Shown here one piece after another: positions 1 to 9,100 of a DNA stretch of 64,000 nucleotides. Below the pieces are notes generated by a model. That model saw only the letters and a list, made by a program, of their open reading frames with translations. It was not told the origin of the DNA and made no database searches. The stretch is from a virus. The position numbers and the translations under genes were made by a program. Positions within the stretch are counted from its first letter, which is position 1, and each line of letters starts with the position of its first letter. Where the stretch lies: IMG/VR virus record IMGVR_UViG_3300044981_000204, positions 32,001 to 96,000 of that record; one strand, 5' to 3'.

Positions 1-528
1 TCACTAAACGCTCTGTCTAGTCAGGTATTGAACGCCGTCTACGCTCGACTTAGTGCGTCGGGCTCGGGGTTCAACGACGGCGTGGTCGCCAACGCGCCAA
101 ACTACGGGCTTCCGGTAGACTTCATCTCGGTTGATTGGACCACGTCCAGTCTCAACTTCATGAAGGCCCAAATAGACCCCCAGTTGCTCGAGAAGTCCGG
201 GACCTTCAAGTACCCGTTCTCGTGCTTGTACGTGCTTGAGTCGAACTTTACGGGGGAGCAGAAGTTCAACCAATGGTCGGGGTCTGTGATATGCGTATTT
301 GACGTGTACCTATCTTGGGTTCCGATAAAGGGTCTCCAAAACCATGAGGCCTATAGCTTGTGCGTTGAGGACGTGGTGACCGACGTCATCAACAGAAAGG
401 AAAACCAGAACTGGTCTCCCGTGGTGTACAACGGAATGATAAAGTGCAGGAGGGGTCCGCTCGACTTCGGCGGTGAGAACTTTAAGCAGAGGGTGGCCTT
501 CGCCATGACCTTTGGGCTGCACCAATGA
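1..528 (+). CDS. Putative tail terminator/completion protein (5'-truncated)
   Basis: Frame is open from position 1. Size and position just upstream of the tail tube gene fit; contains a YPFSCLY-type motif. Confidence 0.5.
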   Translation, partial: SLNALSSQVLNAVYARLSASGSGFNDGVVANAPNYGLPVDFISVDWTTSSLNFMKAQIDPQLLEKSGTFKYPFSCLYVLESNFTGEQKFNQWSGSVICVFDVYLSWVPIKGLQNHEAYSLCVEDVVTDVINRKENQNWSPVVYNGMIKCRRGPLDFGGENFKQRVAFAMTFGLHQ

Positions 529-577
529 TGTTTGCCACTTAGCAAAATTTTGTTTCACTTGCGGGGGGACGTCGGGG

Positions 578-583
578 TACAAT
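578..583 (+). promoter_or_regulatory. Putative -10 element (TACAAT)
   Basis: Intergenic GGTACAAT followed by AAGGAG RBS and ATG at 602. Confidence 0.45.
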
Positions 584-601
584 TGGACTTAAGGAGTTGA
601 A

Positions 602-964
602 ATGGTAAAGTGTCGGTATGTTGGAGGAGACTGTTCGACCATCGGTCTTGGCGATGGTGAGGTGGAATACGACACGATTGGTCAGAGAGCCACGATGACC
701 GAGCGAGGGTTTCGAGAGGCTGTGCTAGGCGGCGCTCCGTTCATCCCAGATGAGTACTTCGACAGGGTCGATTTCACTCCCCAAGAGCTGTCGCAGTGGG
801 GACAGGTGGGAGTGCGCGTCGACACCTCGACTAGGTTCGAGGAGAAGCTGGGAGTCGCCCAAGAGATGTTCAGGGACCTCTGCGCGCGGATGCGAGCTAA
901 CCAAAGTCTGACGCTTGCGGAGCTCCTTGACCGCGGCGTTTCCGAAGTTGAGCTGGTTGGTTGA
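602..964 (+). CDS. Hypothetical protein
   Basis: 120-aa ORF with AAGGAG RBS, co-oriented with tail genes. Confidence 0.7.
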   Translation: MVKCRYVGGDCSTIGLGDGEVEYDTIGQRATMTERGFREAVLGGAPFIPDEYFDRVDFTPQELSQWGQVGVRVDTSTRFEEKLGVAQEMFRDLCARMRANQSLTLAELLDRGVSEVELVG

Positions 965-984
965 TAGCAGGAGACACATAGAAG

Positions 985-2274
985 ATGCCGAACTATTCTT
1001 TCTCGCGCCTAGAGCGTGCATACCTACAAAATCAACCGGTGTTTGGCACCATTCCCAACGCGTCCGGGACCGCTTCTGTCGGCAACTCAAACGCGTGCCG
1101 CTTCATGAAGATGGAGCTGCAGAACGAGGTTGCGCTGCTGGAGCGCCCCGACAAGACAGGCACCAGGTCGATGGAGGGGATGGTCGGTGGTAGGAAGGTT
1201 GGTAGGTGGAGCATAGAGATGTCCACTGCCGCGAACGGCGTCTCTGGCGTCGTGCCGGACTGCGACCCCATACTGGAGGCCGCGTTTGGGCAGGCCGCCG
1301 CGGTGGGTGCGGGGACCACGGCCATAACGAGCTCGACCGATGCTACCCCAATTGTTCTGACTTGCGGGAGCGCCCATGGCATAGCGTCCGGGGCGTTCGA
1401 GGTTGTGTCGGTGTCGGGCCACACCACCAACACCAACGCCAACGGGGTATGGTTGGCGTATGCGCCCAGCACCACCACTCTTACGCTTGTTGGTTCTGCT
1501 GGCAACGGCAACGGCGCAGGAGCTAGCGGAAATGTTAGCAGGGTCAAGGTGACGTACACCTTCGTAGACGCGATTACGCACTTTACGCTTTGGTCGTTCA
1601 GGACTGCCGCAACGTTGGATCAAAGGGTGGCGCACACCTGCGTAGTCACTGAGATGACGTTCAACCTCAACCAGGACGTGGCCACGTGGCAGGCGAACGG
1701 GGATTGTCTGTGGGTCTTACGAAGCAAGGACTTTGGCGTGTCGGACGTCACGCAGAAGGGGGGGCTCGGGGCGTTCCCAACCGAACCGTCCGCGCCAGTC
1801 ACGAACGGCAACCTATTACCCGGGTTCGCCGGCAGGTTCGTCGCAGGCCAGTCGGTGGCCTCGTCGACGGCGGCCGGGTTCGCCGCTGGCGCGTCCACGT
1901 TTCCCACCATAAGGAACGTGACCGTTCGCATCCAGACCCAGAACATGCTGGTGAAGGACACGTTCGGGTCATACTATGCGACGCTCACCGAGGGCGATGT
2001 GCGGAACATCTCGGTTTCGTTCAACATCTACGACGACGATTCGGTCGCCACAAACCAACTAAAGACCTACGGAGACAACAAGACTCCAGTGGACTTGGTG
2101 TTGAACCTCGGCACGGTGATTGGCACAGTCCACGTCTTCTACCTCAAGAACGTGTACCTAGCGTCCCACGTGCTGGGGGACGGGCAGCTGAGGTTCGACG
2201 CTAGCTACGGCGATAGTCGCGCCACGACGACCACACTGAGCGTGAGGGATGAGTTCGAACTAGACATCGTTTAG
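985..2274 (+). CDS. Major tail tube protein with inserted FCCH-like beta domain
   Basis: AGGAG RBS; lies upstream of chaperone and tape measure genes; beta-rich; insert ITSSTDATPIVLT..AHG..V.VSG..TNANG. Confidence 0.75.
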   Translation: MPNYSFSRLERAYLQNQPVFGTIPNASGTASVGNSNACRFMKMELQNEVALLERPDKTGTRSMEGMVGGRKVGRWSIEMSTAANGVSGVVPDCDPILEAAFGQAAAVGAGTTAITSSTDATPIVLTCGSAHGIASGAFEVVSVSGHTTNTNANGVWLAYAPSTTTLTLVGSAGNGNGAGASGNVSRVKVTYTFVDAITHFTLWSFRTAATLDQRVAHTCVVTEMTFNLNQDVATWQANGDCLWVLRSKDFGVSDVTQKGGLGAFPTEPSAPVTNGNLLPGFAGRFVAGQSVASSTAAGFAAGASTFPTIRNVTVRIQTQNMLVKDTFGSYYATLTEGDVRNISVSFNIYDDDSVATNQLKTYGDNKTPVDLVLNLGTVIGTVHVFYLKNVYLASHVLGDGQLRFDASYGDSRATTTTLSVRDEFELDIV

Positions 2275-2287
2275 GAAGGAAGGATCT

Positions 2288-2830
2288 GTGGAACCCTACA
2301 AGTACACAACTACCCGAAAGGTCGAGTCTGAGGCATTTCCAGGCGTGTCGTACGTCCTTCGGAAGATGACCGAGGGTCGGCGCATGGAGCTCAGGAAGAC
2401 CATGGGTGAGGCCAATAGGCGTATTCGTGAGATCATGCGCGAGCAGGCGGTCATCGAGAAGCAGCCCGAGGAGTCCAAGGACCTGGTGAAGTGGCTGGAG
2501 CTGCAGGACGAGTTCGACATGATCCGCCTGGAGGTCGTCAACCCCGCGTGGATCCAGTGGGGGGTCAAGCAGATCGAGGGACTTGAAGCTGATGGTGTGG
2601 TCCTGGGGGTTGAAGACTGGAGCTCGTGGCCGTCCGCCCTGGTAGAGGAGGTCGCGAGCGCAGTGCAGGCCGAGTCTGATTTGTCGGGCCAGGAAAAAAA
2701 ACCATTAAGCTCTCCTATCACTTCTGGCGGACAGGAGCCTCCGAAAGCCCACTTTTCGACTGCGTCGAGTGCAAGCGAAGAGGGTATTACAGAGATCGAA
2801 ACTGCTCCTGGTATTTCCCAGATCGTGTAG
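2288..2830 (+). CDS. Tail assembly chaperone (gpG-like)
   Basis: Between tail tube and tape measure genes; contains slippery run GGAAAAAAAA at 2692-2701. Confidence 0.75.
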   Translation: MEPYKYTTTRKVESEAFPGVSYVLRKMTEGRRMELRKTMGEANRRIREIMREQAVIEKQPEESKDLVKWLELQDEFDMIRLEVVNPAWIQWGVKQIEGLEADGVVLGVEDWSSWPSALVEEVASAVQAESDLSGQEKKPLSSPITSGGQEPPKAHFSTASSASEEGITEIETAPGISQIV

Positions 2831-3159
2831 ACCCAAACAGAAATATCTGTTGGGAAGCTTCCTATAGGAGCAGCAATGGAAATCAGTTCGTAATCTTCGA
2901 CAGTGCGACTAACGACTGTCCTCAAATCGTATCAGCTCCGTTCACAGAGTTGATACAATTGTTCGCCCGGTCTAAGCTGATGAAAGAGGCCGTTGGCGCA
3001 GCCCCATACGGCGGGGATCTTAATAAATGGCCGTCACGCCTAGTGGACGCGTTCATCATCCTTCAAGGTGAGGCGCAGAGGGTTGACCACATGATGGTTG
3101 CTCCTCAAGCGACTCAGCAGCAAAATCCCAGACAACCTATTCCTATGAGACGAAGATAG
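2701..3159 (+). CDS. Frameshift extension (gpT-like part of gpGT)
   Basis: The -1 frame has no stop from 2701 to 3159 (translated by hand) and includes track ORF 2950..3159. Confidence 0.75.
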   Translation, partial: TIKLSYHFWRTGASESPLFDCVECKRRGYYRDRNCSWYFPDRVDPNRNICWEASYRSSNGNQFVIFDSATNDCPQIVSAPFTELIQLFARSKLMKEAVGAAPYGGDLNKWPSRLVDAFIILQGEAQRVDHMMVAPQATQQQNPRQPIPMRRR

Positions 3160-3196
3160 TGTACGGTATCATCTATCTTATAACGAACATAATCAA

Positions 3197-6100
3197 ATGC
3201 CTCTTAATGATTCTTTTTTAGGACAAATTACTGATGCTTTAGTGAATAGGGTTGCGGAACCAAATAAGCTTGAAGATGTTACTGTAAAGATCCGTGAGGT
3301 CGTCTCCAGCCTCCAGCGTTCGGCTACCGTCTTTGACAAGTTCAGCGCTCAGATCTCAAAGGACTTCTCATCGGCAGTAAAAGCAGCTCAACGCGCCCCG
3401 GGGGCCAAGCCCCTCGACTCCCGCGAGATCCACGACGCCTTTAAGAAGTTGGTCGTACCCCTGCGGGACGAGGTCCAACTACTTTCGAGGATGACCAGGG
3501 CCCAGGTGACCCCCGCCACCAACACTAAGCAGAGGGAGTTCGAGCGGTCCGTGAGGGACTCGTTCGTGAGACTGCAAGCAAGGCTTGAGTCGAGGGAGTC
3601 ACGTACCGCCTCTAGGGCCTCCCTTCCAGAGGACGTCAAGTCGATACAGTCGCAGCTCAGGAGGTCCTGGCAAGAACTGCAGAAGTCGACGACCGACCTA
3701 AGTCGCACCACTAAGAAGTCCGCTATTGGTATCGCGGCAGTGGTCGACACCGAGACCACCTATAGGAAGTCCCAGGCGAGGTTGACCAGTTCCATGAAGC
3801 ACCTTGAGAACCAGGTCCTTCAGGTCGGAGTGCAGCTGTTGTCATACAGCAAGAGGACTGGCCAGATCCTCAACGAGAACGTCGCCTCATACCACGGCAT
3901 GCACGAGCTGAACAAGAAGCTCTTGCGTGACTCAGATGTCCTGTACAGTAAGCAGGTTGCAGCGGCGGCAGTCGGGCAGAGGATAGACTGGGGCAAGGTA
4001 AGGGCACTCCTCAACGTGGCGGACTTTGCCGTGGCGCACAACGCGGCATTCGACAAGTCCTTTACCCAGGCAAGGGTTGCTTCCGCAGGGAACATGCCGT
4101 GGTTGGACTCAATGCGGGGTGTGCCCTGGCGTGAGATTGGTCACGCAGGTAGGGCGCTGCAGTCCCTCCTCCCCGCGTATGGTATACGCCCCGGACAAGC
4201 TCACACTGCGTCTGCCGACGTCCAGTCCCTCGTCTCCCTGCTCAAGGCCCGTACCGAGGGAGTGCCGCACATGGCGATGCTCCTCGGGTCGCAGGGACCA
4301 CTGAACCAGTCCCAGCGCCTCCTGTCTGTGGTCGGGGAGCAGGTCAAGTCCCTCCGCGCTGACATCGAGACCAGGCTCGGTAGGGAGAGGTCGCAGTATG
4401 TGCGCAACGCCCAGGGGGACCTCGAGGTTAGGCCAACTGCCAGGGCCCAGTACAGGACCCCCTCCCGGGTGATCGGCGCTGGAAACATATCTTCTCAGAT
4501 CATTGAAGCCATAGAGGGTGGCATAGAGGCAAGGGCGAGGAGGCCTGCTCGCTCCACAGACTACGGAACCAAGTTCGGTTCGGGCGAGGCGCCGGAGTCA
4601 ACTCCCGGGCTGGTTGGTACCGCCGCCATCGGCCTAGACCGGCACATCGGGACTATCAACACCTTCCTGCGCAACATGGCCATTTTGTCCGGCCCAGCCG
4701 CATCTGAGAAGCTCCTGTCGGTCATCACAGAGCAGCAGAGCTTCCAGGAGGGCGTGCAGGCCCACAGGGGCAGGGGCCTACAGACCAAGGCCAACATCCG
4801 CACCGCAGAGGGCCTCCAGCTCGCGATGATGTCGGGCGTGAACACGCGCCTTGAGAACGAGCGACTCGGCGTCCCGAAGAACTTCCAGGACCCGTTCGAG
4901 CAGTCGGACAGGAGGATGGCGCTGCGCAGGGAGCAGTTTGCGGCTCAGCTGGCCTCACAGCCGTGGGCAAGGCCCACCAGGGCTTTCGGCGAGGGCGAGG
5001 TCGCCGAGTTCGTTGGCAGGTTCGGCGGAACAACCCCCTGGCCCCCTGGCACAGGCCACCGGGGCATCATCAGCAGCGCAGCGCAGATGGCAACCTCCGT
5101 GGGCCCTGGGCACCCCCACTTCGACGCCTTGACCGGTATCATCACGAGGGGGCAGATGCGCGGGCGTGCGGCCAACTTCGCCCAGGCCGAGGCCGAAAAG
5201 CAAAGGGCGGTGGAGCTATTGGCCGGGGGCGTACCTCCCGCGGGCGGGTCCAGGTTCGGGAGGTTCGCCAAGGAGCTGTTGAGCGGTGAGGAGGGGTCGA
5301 TCAACCTTACTCGCATTGGTGAGCTCCTTGGTAGGTTCAAGAGGCAGAGGGGGCAGGCCGCGCGAGCTGAGTCGGCCATGGGCTATGGTGATCGAGCCAG
5401 GGGCGATATCCCCTACCCCACGGACCTGCGGGCGCAGCTGCGCCGCGACGTCCTCGACTCCAAGCTCAAGAAGCTGGCCGACGGCGCCGAGGGTGCTGCC
5501 AAGGCACTCAAGCAGTTCGAGGCGGCGGCGGGTGGCAAGGCCAAGGAGGCGATCGGCAGGGGGGCGCTGAGGGACCAAGGCATATCCAGCGCGCTGACGG
5601 ATAAGCAGGCCTCCTTGGACGCTAAGGTCGCCGCCATCTCTGAGCGGAGGGCCAGGTCCCAAGCGGCCTCCATGAGGCGCGAGAACGACGTCAGGGAGGC
5701 GTCCACAGCCAAGTACACCAACCTGGCCAAGGCCGAGCTGAGGGCGTCAGAGTCGTACGATGCTGCGCTGGCCAGGCAGGACAGACTGAGGGCCCGACTT
5801 GGTTCCTCCAAAGCCTACCAGAACATTACTCCAGAAGAGAAGAACAGGATGCTGGAGTCGGTGGTCAGGCCGTCGCTGATGAGGCTGACGAGGGCCAGGT
5901 ATGAGGCAACGGCCTCAGAAGTCACCGATCCTGAGCAGCTGGCGAAGTTGAGGTCGTCCGTGGCGGCTAGGGCCGCCATACAGAGGTTTGGGTCGGGGTC
6001 GGGCGAGGCAACCTACCAGGGGCGGGTGAGGCCCCTTGAGGAGCTCCGCAAGGAGTACAGGGACCGGGTCGCCCAGTCCCTCGGCGGCAGGACGGTCGCC

Positions 6101-9100
6101 CAGGCGGAGGCCGAGAAGGTTGGCAGGATCAGGGAGGAACAGGCCCTCAAGCAAAAGGCCTACGATGAGCAGGAGGTCGGCGTTGCGCAGAAGAGGGCCT
6201 CGGCGGAGGAGGGGGCATCCAGGAAGAGGTCCGAGAACGCCCAGAAGGTGAATGCAACCGTTGGCCGGCTCGAGGAGCAGGTAAACCAGCGCAGGGAGAA
6301 ATCTCAGAAGAAGCAAGTCGATGCTGAGGAGAAGATCCACCAGCTGAAGGTGGCGCACCTGAAGAGGGAGGATATCGCTTCTGGAGGAGGCGGGGGAGGG
6401 GGTGCTGGTGGGGCTGGGGGAAGGGGCCAGTTCGCGAGCCGCACAGGGATGGGGATGGGGCTCGGGTTTGCTGCATTTGCTGGGGCGTCGAAGGGCTTGT
6501 GGGACCTGGTGAAGGCCGCGACTGAATATTCCGCTAGGACTGAGGTGATGGCCTTTACGACCGCCAACATGGCGAAGGTTAACAAGCTAAACGTCGACGA
6601 GGTGAATGCAGAAGTTGAGGCAATCAAGAACCTCAACCTGACCACGCAGGCTGCACACACCACTGTCCAGAAGATGATGTTTGCGCAGTTGGACCTTGCC
6701 AAGGCCTCTAAGTTGGCGAGGGTCGCGCAGGACGTCGCGGTCATGGGAGGCATCGACCCGTCCGAGGCGCTGGAGAAGTTGATACGCGGTGTCACGACGG
6801 GGTACACCATACAGCTGCACAGGATGGGTTTGCTGATTAGCCAGATCCAAACCATCAGGGAACTCAAGATAGAGAAGCGGGCTAAGGGAGAAGCGGGTGA
6901 GCCGACCGAAGTTGAGAAGCGCCAAGCCCTGATGAACAAGGTGCTCATCGAGGGCGCTAAACTAACTGGGGCGTATGAGAAGTCGATGCTGTTGGTTGGC
7001 GGCAGGTTTGCGTACCTCTCGAAGGAAGTCCAAGAGGCCAAGAACGCGCTCGGTTCTGCATTCTTGCCGACGTTCAACAAGTTCGTCACCATGGTCACCG
7101 GGGGTGCTAGGTTCGTGCAGCAGCACGGTGACGCGGTCGCGGCGCTGACTAAGCAGCTGATGTCCCTTGGGGCTGCCGCAGGGACCATCGGCACCCTGGC
7201 CTTCTTCAGGTGGCTGATGATGTCCGGCAGCGTGCCGATATGGGCCAAGGTCGCTGGCGGGGTGGTGTACGCGCTGACCAACATCGGGTTGAGCGCCAAC
7301 GCGTCGTCCGAGGCGATGAAGAACGCCAAGGATCAGATGGATGCCCTCGAGAAGAAGATCAAGGAGCTGAGGGAGGAGCGCAAGGCCTTGTTCAAGGCCC
7401 CCGAAAAGGGAAGTGAGTGGCAGTCGCAGGTCGATGCCAACTATCAGGCGTTGAAGTCGGCGTCGGAGATGGAGGTCGACATAGTCAAGGACACCACCCG
7501 GAAATTGGCCGCGGAGTGGCAGAAGCAGGTCAATGACAAGAAGAATGCTGTCTCCGCTTTGGCGAACGAGGACCTCTTTAGGCAAGGTTTCGGGCTTCCC
7601 CCCTCTCAGAAACCGATCAAGGACGTGCGTAAGCAGATTGAGGCCATGGATGATGACTACTTCACAGTTAGGGGCATGTCGAAGAAGGACGTCTTGGCCG
7701 AGTTCGACCGCCAGCAGCGGGAGAAGGAGCGCCTGAAGCAGCCAGGGGCTGCTCAGATAGTTAACAAGGAGAATGAAAAGGCTGACAGAATTAAGTCGGA
7801 CCTACTCGAGCTCGAGACAGAATTAACGAAGCTCGACTTGGCGCAGTCGGAGCGCGGTCGAGCTGGCCTTAAGGCTCGCAAGGCCTTCGGCACCCCCAGG
7901 GAGAAGATACAGCTCGATTATGAGTTCGAGATTGCGAAGATAAAGGACCGAGACAAGGAGATCAGGAAACTCCAAGAGGACGCAGCTAAGGGGGACGTTA
8001 GTGCGCAGGCCGTGCTTGAGCGCGTTTATTCTGGCACCCCCGGGGGAAAGGAGGGGGTTGAAGCGTCGCTTGCTAAGCAGGGGATTGCCGTAGATGAGGC
8101 GGCCAAGAACAGGGACATCGAGCTTGGGAAGCTTACAGCTCAGACCAACGCGCACATCAAACAGATCCAGTCGCAGACGGCCATCGAGAGGATCCTTGGA
8201 CAGGTGGTGCAGGGGAACTACACCTCGGAGCAGAATGCTGTTGAGCAGGTCTTCAACGCCCGCAAGAAGTTGCTTGACTCTATCAAGGAAACGATCGGGG
8301 TCGACGAGTACAGGAAGCAGTTGGAGGAGGCGGAAGCTGAGCGTGCCAAGTCCTTGTTGGATGTTGAGAAGAGGCGTCGGGATGCGAACAGGGAAAGGAC
8401 CCTGGACGAGGCGAAGTATCCAGCGGATCGTGGGGCGCAGGACATCATGGAGGGGCCGAGGTCGGCCGAGGTAGCTACACACCTTGCATTCGACCTGAAG
8501 CGACAAGCAGCTGCGCTCGACCTGGACGAGGAGCGCAGGATAGATAGGATCATCGAGCTGAACCGCGAGGAGGACGAGGCAATCAAGCAGCTGGGGCGCG
8601 ACAAGGCAAAGATGAATGCCGAGTCGAGGATCGATGAGTTCAAGAACCTGCAGCAACTGCAGTCAGAAGTGGACCGCATCGTGTATGGTCGAGGGAAGGG
8701 CTCGGACACCCAGGAGGCGATGGCCGAGATTGAGAGGAACAGGCTCAGGGCTTGGGCTGCTGCTTCCTTTGAGTTCACCCAAAGGATGGGTTTGCCACAC
8801 ACAGCTATACAAGGAGCTGATTTAGCGGAGTCGAGGGTTGCAGCTGAGCGTGCGGCAGATGTTCAAGCGACAGTGGACACCGTCAAGCGCCTCGAGCAGC
8901 ACGAGGAGTCCTCCCGCTCCAAGCTCCAGGACACCTACCAGCGACAGCTGCAGCAGGCGTCGCGCGTAGGTGAGCTGCAGGCGGTGAACATTGCCGACCA
9001 AGACGCGGCCGCCCACCGCGCCTACCTGATGCGGCTGGAGTTCATCAAGAAGGAGTTCGAGGCCAGCAAGCAAGCTGTCGAGGACGTCCACAAGCGCGAC

